A stretch of DNA of 63,375 nt, the filler included, from Octopus bimaculoides (lineage: Eukaryota), in NCBI RefSeq assembly GCF_001194135.2. It is 9 parts of 7 records of this genome, joined end to end, with 100 filler letters (N's around TTAATTAATTAA, not from the genome) between each part and the next. Parts side by side here need not be neighbours in the genome. Positions count along the whole stretch, not along the records: positions 1 to 18,819 come from NC_068981.1; positions 18,920 to 36,124 come from NC_068986.1; 7 more parts are not named here. One strand, 5' to 3'. The stretch's first letter is position 1. Every line of letters starts with the position of its first letter. Below are positions 11,800 to 25,613 of this stretch, in pieces. A program made the position numbers and the translations under genes. The notes below the pieces were generated by a model. It saw nothing but the letters and a program-made list of their open reading frames with translations, made no database searches and was not told the DNA's origin.

Positions 11800-12535
11800 G
11801 AGCCCAGTCCTGACTGGACCTGCAGGAATGTGGGAAAGTTACAGGGACACCTTGCTGTTGACTCCTAGGGATGTATTGGTTTCTAAAAATGGGCCAGAAA
11901 CGTTTCATGTCCGGGAAAGCCCTCACATAGGTGAAATGCAACCACAAAGTGTGAATGAGATAGTTTGCTTTGTGGTGTTGAGGTGTGAGGCAGTCACAGC
12001 ACTGAAGTCTGACAAAGAAAAGCAGGTTTGAGGAATCTGCGAGCAGGTAGAGTGTCGACTTGACATTTCTTACTCACGTACTGCCCATAGAGGAATCACT
12101 TTGCTTAGATAGGGAAAAGCCTCCTGCTCAGTATTCTGGAGTCTTAGACTCGAATGGAACGCTCCTGGCAGAAAAGTCCAAGGTGGTTGCTCATTGGGCA
12201 TCATTTTGAGGTGGAGCTGAATAAAGTAGACCCACCTAGTACTGTTCTGAAAACCATGATGCCTCCAGTATTAGTGACCAACCTACTACTCAATGGTCCG
12301 TAGATGAGGTTCGTACGGCAGTAAATCACCTGACAGGTGGGGTTTGTGGCAGCCACAGGTTGTCAGGGATCACGCCAAAAAAGTCAATCAATTGCTGTCA
12401 GGATCATGGCTCTCCCAGTACTCATCAAACACAGAGACTGCTTGAAGCTTGTCGACCTTCGCAAGGCATTTGTCTCGGTGAACAGGGATATGCTCTGCAG
12501 GATTCTAGAGCTGAGTGGTATACCCCACCCACTAC
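11800..12535 (+). mobile_element. Old RTE-clade LINE fragment (EN-RT linker and start of RT), internally deleted
   Basis: MWESYRDTLL..ALKSDKEKQV; LDSNGTLLAEKSKVVAHW; DLRKAFVSVNRDMLCRILELSGIP (DLxKAFDSV motif). Confidence 0.65.
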
Positions 12536-12742
12536 CGACTGATTGGGTTTGTTGTGGCCTTGATTGGGGGCTCAACGAAAACATTAATACTTGGACTGGC
12601 ATAATTGTGGAGAAACTTACAGTATTTAGTTAAGTCCCATTGCATTCTAGGTTCGAATCCCGCTGAGGTTTTAGTCTTAGACCGCCAAATTTGTGGTCTT
12701 AGTCTCTATTAGTAATTGTTTATATAGAACATCATTAATATA

Positions 12743-13455
12743 GCATACCTACATAAATGTCCCATCCATCGACTTGGTTTCCTCGTAACTTTCTGAAAGG
12801 TGATTTTCTTTAAGATGAAATTCTCTACAAATACCTTTCAAATGGTGTAGATTACGATTATATCGGAATTTGAGTACTTTCTGGTTATCTCACCCTCATT
12901 AAAAAATTGCCATTAAAAAATTGGGTTATCTCCCACTAAAAAAATTGAGTTTATGAAGCGACAAGAGATTGGATTAAAAGGTTTAGATCCCCCATTAATA
13001 AATTGGGTTATCACCCCCTCCCCCCACGTTTTACGAGAAATATCAACTAAAAAAAATTGTTTAACCCTCAATAAAACAAACAAACAAATGAAAAAATTAA
13101 TAAACAAAAAGTGAAAAGATGAAACATCGTTTTGAATCTGATAACATTTTTATAACAAATCATACAAAACGGAAAAAATTAATAAACATGAAAACTTAGA
13201 AAATTAAACATCTTACTGAATCTGATAATATTTTTATAACAGATCATACCATTCCTCTTGAGGAGGCCAAATGTCAACAATGTATTGAAGTATTGAATCA
13301 AAAGGATCTTAATCCAATCTCTTGTCGCCACATTAACTCGATTTTTTAGAGAAGGGAGACCCAATTTTTTAATGGCAAATTTTTAACGAAATAACCAAAA
13401 AGTACCCAGAAAGTTATGAGGAAAACAATTTGGTGGCACACTTGTGTAGCTATGC
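12743..13455. mobile_element. Non-coding foldback/MITE-like element with long imperfect inverted arms
   Basis: 12896-12926 vs 13359-13389: 29/31 inverted match; 12743-12766 vs 13432-13455: 19/24; further matching blocks between; no clear TSD. Confidence 0.6.
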
Positions 13456-14198
13456 CAATATGCTAAACCGAATTTGCCTACCTTAATTTAACAATGAAAT
13501 TAAAATGTATTTTTATCTCCTGCCTAAGTAACGAAATTCGAATCTGCCAGGGAAATAATAATAATTAAACTCTTTCACAAGTGAATTAACAAATTATCTA
13601 ACTTCCTGAATTTGAAATCACACTTATTTCATATTTCATATTAATTTGCCATGAAGGCATTACACAGAGGGGACACTACAACACATGTGGGGACATATAA
13701 CAATTAAAAATATAGAAATAAAATATGATATAATGAATGATACAGGAAAATGCACGTGAATAACAAATTAAAAAATATAACATGAATGATATCTGAAAAT
13801 GATATTATGATATTATTGCTCATACTTAAAACGCACAAACTATTTATATTCGCCTTACTGCTACTTGATTGTTTTCATTTAAATAAAATGCGTGTGGGAG
13901 CTTTTATAACGAAAATAGGAAGCACAAAAGTTGTTGATAACATAAACTTGTGTACTGGGAAGTATTTATCTGCCCTTCTTCATAAAATTAACGGAAGAGG
14001 AGGAACCGGAATAGGTTTAACACTTTTCTCTCAAAACCCCATCAAACGTCAGCCAAGAGCTGGTGGGTTTCATTACTTTTTCCTGCTGGGAATACTTTTA
14101 CAAAATATTTACGAATGTTCTTCGACCAAGATGACGACGAGCAAGATTTTTTGTCCCCTTCGGCAGGGTAATGTATTTCCTAGTTTTGTTTGCCGCCC

Positions 14199-14260
14199 TT
14201 AACACGATCTACCCAGATCCACTATAAATATTTATAGTGGATCTGGGTAGATCGTGTTAA
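14199..14260. repeat. Perfect 62-bp palindrome bounded by TTAA
   Basis: TTAACACGATCTACCCAGATCCACTATAAAT followed directly by its exact reverse complement. Confidence 0.95.
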
Positions 14261-15929
14261 CTTTGTTTAAATAAGTTCAGGCAATAAATAATGCCAAAAA
14301 CATAATAAACATCGGGAATATACCCTCTCCTAAATCTGTTGGCCTTATGTATAATTTCACCGATATATAATAAATACTAAAATATGAAGATATAAACCCA
14401 CTGTTTCGGTTTTTAATACATCGCTAAATACACATAGCACCGTTCTATGTTTATTTTTCTATTGCCAAGTTTGGGATCGGAGTGATTAAAAGTATTTAAA
14501 TTTATCAGAATTGCTTCGGTATCTTTAGGCAAAGTTATTTATTTCTAAAATTGTCGTTATTGTTTAGACCCGGATTAGATCGAATATATCAGCTTCCTTT
14601 TTCTTTGTACATGAGTATAATATTCATTCTTACATTCATAATTGTACATTGGACTCCTTCACGCCATCGATCTCATTAACAATTGACTATGTGGTTAACT
14701 ATACCGGCATTGTAATATATATATATACATATACACACACTAATGTTCTTGTAATTTTAGGAAAACAAAATTTCAGTCATCTATCGTTTTGGGCTACCAA
14801 GTGGGCGTGATAATTTCTGTTTCAACTATCTTAATGTTTTCGTCATCATATTTAGCATTTTATTGTGTTGTGTATATAAAATAAATTAGATCTCCAGTTA
14901 GATTTTTTTTTAATTAGTTAAATAATAGTTTTAATATAAGTTTTATAGTTTTCACTTTAGTAATTTGCTTCTGAAATATCATATTCTCTGGATCTCCGGT
15001 TATAGTTCGGCATATTTAAAACTAATTGCGTCTGAAAATTAATCCAAGTTATCCAAGTAACTTTTAATGTTTATAAAATTGTTGGCTTTTATAACAAATC
15101 GTCACTTATCTTTGATTCTCGTGGAATGATAAACAACTTTTTTAACGTTTTGGATTTTCTGAAATTCGCTTCCACACTCGTGACAGACTAAACAGTTAAC
15201 TAGATTGTTGTTTATTCCCATGATCTATGTCTCAGATGTAATATATATCTAGGACTACGTTCTGTAGTGTGTTCTTCCTTTTAAGACAAGAAGTTGCCTT
15301 CTATTTCTAGCATATTGAACAACCGTGCAGAGGGCCCCCTCCTCTCAAATTTCTCTAGGTGGGGTAGAAGTAAGAATGTTTCTCTAATCAAAGAAGGAAC
15401 CTCTAAGTTGTCGTTCGGCTCACTAGAAATAACAAGTAAATCTACAGATCACATCCAATCGTTTTAAAAATAGAACGGATACACTGCACCTTAAACAAGA
15501 ACCGTATGACCATTATTTTGAACGTCGTCGTCATAGGTTTGTCACTAAATTCTTTATAATTCCTGCTTTTATTGCCGGATCAGTTTTGATTTTTTTCGTT
15601 ATTGCTTCTATGAAAGAATTTTAATATCTAGTGTCTTTTGTATTAGCTTGACAATCCAACTCAACTAGGTGTAAGAAATATATGGCACCAAGTGAAAATG
15701 TATATGCGATTATATCAAATTTCATTTAACTTATTTATCAAACTCTGTAAATATACTATTTTAACATTTCGGACTGTGGGTATTTCAAGTGGATTCAGCT
15801 GGTACTAAAAGCTGGTATATCACATTTTGATTACTAAATACCAAATAGTTTTTTTCAAAGTGAACCCATCCCATAATTAATAAAATTCCTGTCATTATTG
15901 ATGATGAAGTCTTCTACTAACCATTTTAT

Positions 15930-16270
15930 GACAGGGTTCCAATTTTAGAATATGTGCTACCAAAGCTGACCTCTTTTTTAGGAATAATCTTCAGAAGAGG
16001 AGAGAGGTTGGTAAAACAAGCCAAACTCGGTTTCTGCACCTTTCCCTACCTAATGTCATGATTGTTACTACTCTGGAGGGTGCATAGTTCAGAGGTCAGG
16101 GGGTCTCTCCAGTTTGAGCTACTACTTCTCTGCATTGAGAAATCACAGCTCTTGTACTATGGACATGTGATTAGAATTGCAAGATGGATTCTGTAAGCCG
16201 AGTCAACCAACAGGAGACCTTAGGGTAGACTAAGAATGAGACGGTTGGATGAAAGAATATAGCTTTCAGA
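15930..16270 (+). mobile_element. Old RTE-clade LINE, C-terminal ORF2 fragment
   Basis: From 16119: LLLLCIEKSQLLYYGHVIRIARWIL*AESTNRRP*GRLRMRRLD, matching the RTE wyGHVxRM..RPxGRPRxRW region. Confidence 0.6.
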
Positions 16271-17176
16271 GATATTCTCTCCTAAGACTACACCTTCAGT
16301 ACCACATGGGTGAACATTTACATTTCAACAATCAAACGTTGCAGAAACAAATGTATTTTTGAAAGAAATTACATATTTCATGGCTCTTTATAAACTTCCT
16401 AATATCTTGGAGTTTTCAAAATAACTAAGGAGTTTCCCTGGACACTGTTAGAAAGCTGTTAGCTATTATTTCTTGTTACTAATTTCTTCTTTCATTCTCT
16501 TTTTTATATGTGTGCGTGTTACCTTCATCATTATCACATTCACTTTTCCATGCTTCCATGGGTCAGACAGAATTCATAGGGACAGACTTTCTACAGCCTG
16601 ATGCTCTTCCTGTCGTCAACTTGTTTCAAAGTGAGGTAAAATTTCCAGAAGACCAGACATGTTTTCATGAACAATTGGAAACAAAAGATACCACTTGCAT
16701 GTTAGTGACATTCATTTATAACTACCACATGATGTCAAGACAAGGAGACACACACACACACACACGTGTATGTATGTGTGTGTGTGTGTACCTCTTTCTC
16801 TCAGTCACTTCAACATGTGGAACCGTTAGTCCTGACATTTTTTCTCTCTTATATTTTTCCCTCTCATCCCTTCTTGTTAAAGTGTGTAAACTCAAAATGT
16901 CCAAGACTTTTTCACTTTTCTCAAGCATCAAACTAATACACCTTGTTGTTCCCTCACTTGTCTGTCTTTTGTTTTCTGTACATTTGAACTATATATATAT
17001 AAATGCACAAACGGAAAACAGACACAGACGGTCACCAAGTCCCCATCAGTTATCAGCCAGAGGGTCAAATGCAATTTCATACCTTTAACAATAATGTTGA
17101 TCCCCTCTGGTGCCACCAACAGCAAGAAGCCGCCAGGAAATGGTGAACAAACAATATATATATATATATATATATA

Positions 17177-17666
17177 AGTGAAATCAAAACCAAACTAAAT
17201 TCGACGACTGGCACCCATGCCAACATCGTCTCCTTCATTGGACACAAAACTCAGCTTGCGAAGGCTTATTGGGGCAAGCGAAAGCGAAATCGGGATGGCA
17301 CCTGTGCCCAGCGTCGCCTTTCTGGCACTTGTGCCTGTGACAGGTGTAATGGACTTTCGAGCGAGATCGTTGCCAGTGCCCCTGGACTGGCTTGTGCGGG
17401 TGGCACATAAAAGACACCATTTCGAGCGTGGCCGTTGCCAGTATCGCCTGACTGGCCTTCGTGCGAGTGACACGTAAAAGCACCTACTACACTCTCTGAG
17501 TGGTTGGCGTTAGGAAGGGCATCCAGCTGTAGAAACTCTGCCAAATTTAGATTGGAGCCTGGTGTTGCCATCCGGTTTCACCAGTCCTCAGTCAAATCGT
17601 CCAACCCATGCTAGCATGGAAAGCGGACGTTAAACGATGATGATGATGATGATGATGACACACACC
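17177..17666 (+). mobile_element. Young RTE-type 3' tail retroposon (family E), (GAT)7 tail
   Basis: GC-rich non-coding body ending CCATGCTAGCATGGAAAGCGGACGTTAAACGATGATGATG; RTE assignment of the tail is inference. Confidence 0.75.
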
Positions 17667-17743
17667 NNNNNNNNNNNNNNNNNNNNNNNNNNNNNNNNNN
17701 NNNNNNNNNNNNNNNNNNNNNNNNNNTATATATATATATATGT

Positions 17744-18041
17744 GTTGCCAGTGCCCCTGGACTGGCTTGTGCGGGTGGCACATAAAAGACACCATTTCGA
17801 GCGTGGCCGTTGCCAGTATCGCCTGACTGGCCTTCGTGCGAGTGACACGTAAAAGCACCTACTACACTCTCTGAGTGGTTGGCGTTAGGAAGGGCATCCA
17901 GCTGTAGAAACTCTGCCAAATTTAGATTGGAGCCTGGTGTTGCCATCCGGTTTCACCAGTCCTCAGTCAAATCGTCCAACCCATGCTAGCATGGAAAGCG
18001 GACGTTAAACGATGATGATGATGATGATGATGACACACACC
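17744..18041 (+). repeat. Duplicate of 17369-17666 (298 bp, identical by eye)
   Basis: Same sequence including (GAT)7 and the flanking GACACACACC; separated from the first copy by an N gap. Confidence 0.9.
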
Positions 18042-18786
18042 CATATGCAATAAGGTTCAGTTTTTGTCCACCAAATCCACTCACGAGGCTCTGATCAGCT
18101 GAGATTTCTAGTAGAAGATACATATCCAAGATGCCATGCAGTGGGACCAAACCAGAGTAATCACACAGCCATAGCTGCTTCTTATCCACCCTACCTTAAT
18201 ACATGCATATTTTTCATTCTATTCCTCTAATCTCCCACCTGCTACTCTATATCTTCTCAGATAGTGTCATGTGCTTCTTTCTTCACCACTGTTTCTCTAT
18301 GGCTTGTTGCTATTGCGTTTTGTCTAGTCATATCTTATCTCAAGACCTATCAATGAATGTATATCATATTCTAGGGCCATCATAGCATATAAATATAACA
18401 AAAGCACTATTTAAATACTTAAAAAGTTACATTTAAGTAGAGATATGCAGACTATTCTCCAGATATTCTATTTGTTACATTGTATCAAATCATATAAGCA
18501 GTTAATGTTGTCAGTCTCGTATAGGCAAAAACATCTGTCGATGGATGTCATCTCCATTACTTATCAATATATTTACATATTTCAGTGTCAGCCTCTCTGT
18601 CAATCTCTAAATATTGTTTTAGCTTAACTGTGCTTACTTAAATATATTGTCTTAATCAATATCCATAAAAGTTCTCTCTCTTTTTCTTTTTGTGTGTATG
18701 CCTCATATATGAGTGTGGTATGTGTCTGTATGAATGTGTGTATGTATATATGTATGCACATCATCATTTTGATTACTAAGTACCAA

Positions 18787-18819
<33 letters not shown>

Positions 18820-18919
18820 NNNNNNNNNNNNNNNNNNNNNNNNNNNNNNNNNNNNNNNNNNNNTTAATTAATTAANNNNNNNNNNNNNNNNNNNNNNNNN
18901 NNNNNNNNNNNNNNNNNNN
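18820..18919. other. Artificial scaffold linker N44-TTAATTAATTAA-N44 (also 36125-36224, 44144-44243, 46834-46933, 53713-53812, 56858-56957, 59697-59796, 62271-62370)
   Basis: Eight identical 100-bp cassettes; TTAATTAATTAA places stops in all six frames. Confidence 0.95.
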
Positions 18920-19169
18920 CAATCACGATTACATAATTTTCGAAAATAATTCTCTATTAGCAAAAATATTTATCTGCTTTCGTTTGTCTTTGCGTTCAAA
19001 TTCCACCGAGATCAAGTTTGCCTTTCATCCCATCGGGTCGATGAAATAAGTACTTGTTGAGCACTGAGGTCATTGTGATAGACTAGTCTCACCTCCAAAA
19101 TTTCAAATCTTCAACCTGTAGTAGAAAGGGATATTATTATTGTTGCTGCTATGTATCCGCTGAATCCAT

Positions 19170-19660
19170 TGTGAAGATTGGCCGGGAGGGAACGGCAATT
19201 TGTATTTGTCTAGTGGCTGTAGCGAAAGATGTAGTATGGTGGACCCGTTTGAAAGGGCTAAAGACAGGCACTTTCCTATTTGGCCAAGCGCTCCTCAAAT
19301 TTTTCAAGTTTCACTTGGAAAGGAAGTTGAGGGTGGGAGAGGAAAGTGTTGCCTTGTAGCAAGTTTGTTAAAAGGTGGGTGAATGTTGGAAGAATGGCCA
19401 TTGTGAAAGGACCAATTCTGAGCATGCACCTGTAAACCAAAGGAGAAGGGCTGTTCAGGTACCTGTGGCTTTTGTAGGTTTTTCCATGAGGTCCTTAAAA
19501 CCGCCTCCCTTATTGGGAGTTTGAAATTCTTTAATTTTAATTATTATTATATTGTTTATACGTTGTAAAACCCATTGCATTGTCCTGTTTTTGTCTTTTT
19601 TGTTGTTTTTGTTTTAAATTTTATGTAAGCCCTTGTGGCCAATAAACGAATTAATTATTA
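19170..19660 (+). mobile_element. 3' end of an L1/Tx1-type LINE with 3' UTR
   Basis: REGTAICICLVAVAKDVVWWTRLKGLKTGTFLFGQALLKFFKFHLERKLRV is homologous to the peptide at 25614-26005; UTR ends AATAAA then (ATT)n; clade assignment is from recollection of C-terminal motifs. Confidence 0.6.
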
Positions 19661-22319
19661 TTATTGTTGTCGTTGTCGTTGTTTATGCAGCCAAATTCCA
19701 CACTGATCATGTCAACGGAGTTTTACCCTAGTTTTCATCTCAGTCATTCTCCGTAACTCTCAATGAGTTTGCTTCGGATTCTTACAGAACATAAGTTTGT
19801 TACAACTCCGTTATCTGGGTTCCAGTTTAAATCTCTTACAGTCTGTTGAACATCTATTTTGGCCAAGTTCCTACTTTTCTACGATAGCAGCGTTTCTCTC
19901 ATATCTTTCAATGGTTTCTCAGTTCTCTAGCCAATCGTGACTCATTATTTTCATTCGATTTTAATATATATTAAATTGTTATTTTATTGGTTTCAAAGAC
20001 TGGACTTTGGTCATGCTAGAGCATTGTCTTCTGTAAAACATGACATCCTGCACATTTTCATTACTAATACGATCATATCTGGGGTCTATGTTTCTGTCAT
20101 ATCCCTTATGTTTTTAAATATTTCAGTTATTATACTGCGGCCATGCTGGGGCAAATTCTCAGCGGAGTTTAGTCGCCCCAAATTGTTGTTTTCTGAAGTC
20201 TGCTACTTGTATCTGTCTCATTTGCCGAACAACTAACTAATAGGAACGTAAGCAAACCAACATGGGTTGTCAAGCAGTGGGTGGGTGTATCGACCTTAAC
20301 CCCTTATCTGCCAAATTTTTTAAATCATATTTTTTTATTTTATCAGGTGTCTTAGGAGTTAAAATAATACATAGTATTTAAATATTTTAATGTATGAATT
20401 ATTTTGGAAATTATGATATATTGTTCGAAAAAAGCATATTTATCCTTTTCTATTCAATTGCAACAATAAACATTTTAGTCTTTTCTTGAAACTATAGTTT
20501 CAAATGTGAATGTGTATGAAATATCGATGAATGATATACATGGGAAATGCAAAAAAAAAAAGAAAAGAAAAAAACCGTTTTCAAACCGTTTGTGGTTCAA
20601 AAATTGCGATTTGTGGCATAAAATGTACTGTAGAATTAACCAAAGCTAATAATGACAAACTTTAACTACTAAATATTGTTAAACACACCTCTGCAAATGC
20701 AATGTCCATAAGCAATTCACTTTAAATACAACGAACAACCAGGTCTCATGGTAGGCAAAGCCTTTCCTTCAGACAAGATCAAAGATATAAAGAGATGAGA
20801 CATCTACCAGTCCTTCACAATTCAAACCTTTGCAATTTGAGATGAAATACGTTAAAAGATCTGACCGACGAAGGCCCTAAATTATATTTATTACTATTTG
20901 ATGTCATAGGTAATTACTAGTGTTCTCGGAGTCTACTGCTTTAGTTTCATTATCGATGTCTTTTCAAGTTAAATCTTTCCTCAAAATATGTAGGGTGGAA
21001 TTTTGCTACATTGCATTTGAGACAATAAATAAACCTTTGCTTTGTTGGCGATAACTTTGACAAAGAGCGGAAAAATAAAGCTGCAGCGGTGGGCCATAAA
21101 TTTGAAGTTGTAACCGACCAGTAACAGTCATGTTACCATGCCGGACAAAGTGCTTAGCCGCATTTCTTACGGCTTATTATGTTCTAAGTTCAAATCTCGC
21201 CGAGTTCAACGCTTCCTATGACTTCGGCGTCGATAAAATGAATTACCAGTGAAATACTGGATCGACGAAATCGATTTGTTCGCTCCTCTCAAAAAGAAAA
21301 AAAAAAAGTTACAGGCCTTGAGCCACGCAAAGAACTGGCGTCTCACTAAAGAGGGAGTACTGTGATCGCAATCACACACCTTGAAAGCCGGGTAACGAAC
21401 TTATGCGCCCTCGGGCTGACGAAGAAATATAAAAAAAAATCGACCTCTAATTTCAGGTCAAATCAATTGCTTCAGAGTTACATTATTAAACAGCTGGCAG
21501 TGAGACGACATGAATATATTATTACACAATGAACTGGAAGTCTAAACTTGATTTCAACAATTACGTCTGGAACAAAACGGCCACATTCAGTTTGTAATGT
21601 CGTTTCCACAGCAGCTGTTTCTGGTCCTCTTATCAATCATTTAATCTCTTTAGTTTATCACAAGACGTAATCTATTGCATTAATTCATTCAAACACACAA
21701 TGTTGTGTCATATCAGTCATAATAGAATTATTCTACGCACGAGTGCACGCGAAACAAACTTACTAATCTATATTTCATATTTCGTCATATTTATAACAAG
21801 GAAATAACCCACCCACTACCACCTTCGTCTTACATAAACACGGAGCTTATCTCCTATTTAACTCATCCATTGTTTGCGTACTTAAGTACTACGCCACAGT
21901 TTATTGACAATGCAAATGCGAATTTATAAGTTTTATATTTGTATCAAGGCTATGAAGATTGTACACTGTTAAGTAGAGTTAATTTGCTTCAATCAAAAAT
22001 CGAACCCCACTCGAGGATTTTGAATGTCGTAGGCGCTGTATCTACTACATTATTTATTTATGTATTTATGTCATGCATTTGTAAACTATAGCGTCGTAAA
22101 TTACAGGTTTTGAACGGGCTAACATCTAGTTTACATTTTAATATTAAAATTCACACACACATAAATAATTTGTTTTATTAGAGCAGAAGGATTGAAGTAG
22201 TAAATCAGTCACTAATATATCACTGGTATTCACTAGAATTCAGTGGTATGCCGGTAAGGCTGTGGTATGTATAGCTACGTAATGTTTGTGGAACTTATCA
22301 GTAAAACCACCTTATGTTC

Positions 22320-22860
22320 ATTTCAAGGCCCGAAATTTTTGGGGAGGAGGTCAGCCGATTAGATCGACCCCAGTGAGTAACTGGCACTTAATTTATCGAC
22401 CCCGAAAGGATGAAAGACAAAGTCTACCTCGGCGGAATTCGAACTCAGAACGTAGCGGCAGACGAAATTCCGCTAAGCATTTCACCCCGCATGCTAACGT
22501 TTCTGCCAGCTCACCGCTTTAAAAACCGAATTGTTAATATTGTTTTATACTCTAGACACAAGACCGAAATTTTGAGGGGTGGGGCCAGTCGATCTGATCG
22601 ACCTCAGTGCGCAACTGGTACTTAATTTATCGACTGCGAAAGATAAAAGCAAAGTCGACTGCAGCGGAATTTGAACTCCCGCTAAGCATTTCGCCTGGCG
22701 TGCTAAAGTTTCTGCCAAGTCATCACCTTAAAAATCGAATCATTGATATTCTTTTCTACACTAGGCACAAGGTCCAAAATTTGAACTCAGAACGTAGCAG
22801 AAGACGAAATACCGCTAAGCATTTCGCTCGGCTTGCTAACGTTTCTGCCAGCTCGCTGCC
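22320..22860 (-). mobile_element. Three head-to-tail SINE family A copies (one internally deleted, one partial)
   Basis: Repeated TCGACCCCGAAAGGATGAAAG..CGGAATT(C/T)GAACTC..GCTAAGCATTTC..GCTAACGTTTCTGCCAGCTC. Confidence 0.85.
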
Positions 22861-23075
22861 TCAAGAAATAAGAATACTGCAATGAAGAAACGTTTCATTC
22901 AAATGGTCGCGAAGAATTTATAAGATGTTACACTGGCAGACAGCTTTGGTTGAAAGTTGCCCCACGGCCGAAACAGTTGATAGAAAATGAATGTTATACA
23001 TGCTTATATACATATACATATACATATACACGTACATACATACACACACACACATATATATAAGCAGTGAGAGAG

Positions 23076-23122
<47 letters not shown>

Positions 23123-23800
23123 GACAAAGTGAAAGACAGATAGTAAGATAGACAGATAGACTGACAGGTAGATACATAGATAGGTAAATATATAGATGGG
23201 TAGATATACATATACAAAAATATATATAGGCATATACATATATATTAATAGTGTAACACACACACATATACATACTACACACATATATGTATACACACAC
23301 ATATCTATGTATATACGCTCATACAGACAAAATAGAGAGAGAGGGGGGGATAAAACGAGGTGGATAGATAGCTTGACGGCTAGATCGACAGATAGGCCGG
23401 TATACATATAAATATAAATGAGTGTATGTATGTGTATATGCGTATACACAGAGACAAATACACAATTATACGCATATGTATCTATATACATATAGGTATA
23501 TAGCATATATTTACGGTTGAGATCAAATTCTTCAACGAAAAGTAGGGAATCCTTCTCGTAGAAAAGGTCACATCAATTAGTGCGATGACTTGATGCAAAA
23601 GTTCGAAATTAATCGGATTAACGCAGAGTTTATATCAACGATAATCTAACAGTATCTATAGATCTTCACCTCACGGAGACAATTACTGCAAAGATGGCTG
23701 TGCGATACGCCATATTCATACATACATACATACATACATACATACACACATACAATATATCATACATACATGCATACATATATATATATATGTGTGTGCG

Positions 23801-23838
<38 letters not shown>

Positions 23839-24274
23839 NNNNNNNNNNNNNNNNNNNNNNNNNNNNNNNNNNNNNNNNNNNNNNNNNNNNNNNNNNNNNN
23901 NNNNNNNNNNNNNNNNNNNNNNNNNNNNNNNNNNNNNNNNNNNNNNNNNNNNNNNNNNNNNNNNNNNNNNNNNNNNNNNNNNNNNNNNNNNNNNNNNNNN
24001 NNNNNNNNNNNNNNNNNNNNNNNNNNNNNNNNNNNNNNNNNNNNNNNNNNNNNNNNNNNNNNNNNNNNNNNNNNNNNNNNNNNNNNNNNNNNNNNNNNNN
24101 NNNNNNNNNNNNNNNNNNNNNNNNNNNNNNNNNNNNNNNNNNNNNNNNNNNNNNNNNNNNNNNNNNNNNNNNNNNNNNNNNNNNNNNNNNNNNNNNNNNN
24201 NNNNNNNNNNNNNNNNNNNNNNNNNNNNNNNNNNNNNNNNNNNNNNNNNNNNNNNNNNNNNNNNNNNNNNNNNN

Positions 24275-24325
<51 letters not shown>

Positions 24326-25082
24326 AAAGTAAATACATACGTATATATACATACACACATATATATATATATATACATACACATATATATAGATATGTAT
24401 ATATATGTATATATTTACACACACACACACATATATATATGTATATGTCTATGCATATATATGTATATATATATATATACATACACACATATATATATAC
24501 GTACACATATATATAGATATGTATATATATGTATATATTTACATACACACAGACACATATATATATGTATATGTCTATGCATACATGTAAGTAGTGTTAT
24601 TGCGTTGAACACATTCTTGCTGGTTAAACAATCAACTGGTAACGGATCGAACCAATGCAAGTGTGAGCAGTTTATATTCTCGAACGGTTTGTCTGGTAAG
24701 TAAAGGAATTCGTTGCAACATATTCTGTAGAATGAAGAACGGATTCTGAGTATCGAACTTTGACTGAATCTGCAATAACGAATAGGAAATACTTAACACA
24801 ATGGATGTTCTCGTAGAAGCTATACACCAATACGTTTAGGCTGCGTGCATTACATTGTCACATGGTTAGTTTAAAGGATAGGCAAAGAACGAAAGAAAAA
24901 GTGGGAAAGAGAAGAGTTAACGACCTGTGGTATAGGCAAAGTAATAGTTATTATTCTAAGGTCGAATATGTAATGTCACATGGTCAGTTCAAGAAAGACT
25001 CGGAAATGGTAAGAGATGAGTGTTAGCCGCAGAAAACTCTCGGCGTTAAGTCACTCTGTTGCTTCTGCTAAATATATATATA

Positions 25083-25400
25083 TCTCATATATAAATGACA
25101 ATTTCTGTCTCTCTGTCTGTAACCATCTTAGAGCCTAAACTGACGAACCAATATTCACGAAACTTTGCATACATGTTACACTAACATCCAGTTCAATAAC
25201 TAGCTAATTGGATTTCAATACAAATCTATAATTTTCCACTCCCCATGGACGTTGGGCAAATTATATGGTAAAATGAGACGGTTGCAAAAAGAATTAATTT
25301 GGGGGAAAGGTAATGGCAGAGAGAGGGTGATTTATATCAGTGAAGGTGAGAACAGCGGTGACAATGGGGTGTTAACGTTAATACAGCTGTCATATACACG
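25083..25400 (+). mobile_element. Possible non-autonomous Helitron/HINE-like 5' portion
   Basis: A|TCTCATATATAAATG start, CTGTCTCTCTGTCTG tract, then ACTGACGAACCAATATTCACGAAACTTTGCA; 3' end not identified. Confidence 0.35.
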
Positions 25401-25613
25401 CGACCCTGCATACATACTTTCGTAAATACATAGATACAATACGTGCGTGCACGCGAACAAACGCATGCGCGCGCACATACACACAAAGATGGGAAAAAGG
25501 CATACGTAACTTAAAGTTTAATCAAATTTATCGAATCAGAGAACAGGATTTGGAAGCTGGTATTTTCTGCGTGATAGCTGCATCATAGCTGGCATTTTCT
25601 GCATGATAGCTGT

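Noticed and set aside
13786-14202. 138-aa ORF
   Set aside because: AT-rich, no motif, composition consistent with a chance ORF
16510-17088. 192-aa ORF
   Set aside because: Overlaps a decayed dispersed repeat and an AC/TG microsatellite
18864-18875. TTAATTAATTAA as a conserved regulatory or homeodomain site
   Set aside because: Always centred in exactly 44+44 Ns; an assembly linker
25140-25170. CTGACGA...GAAA as a hammerhead
   Set aside because: No stem II pairing and no stem III or NUH geometry
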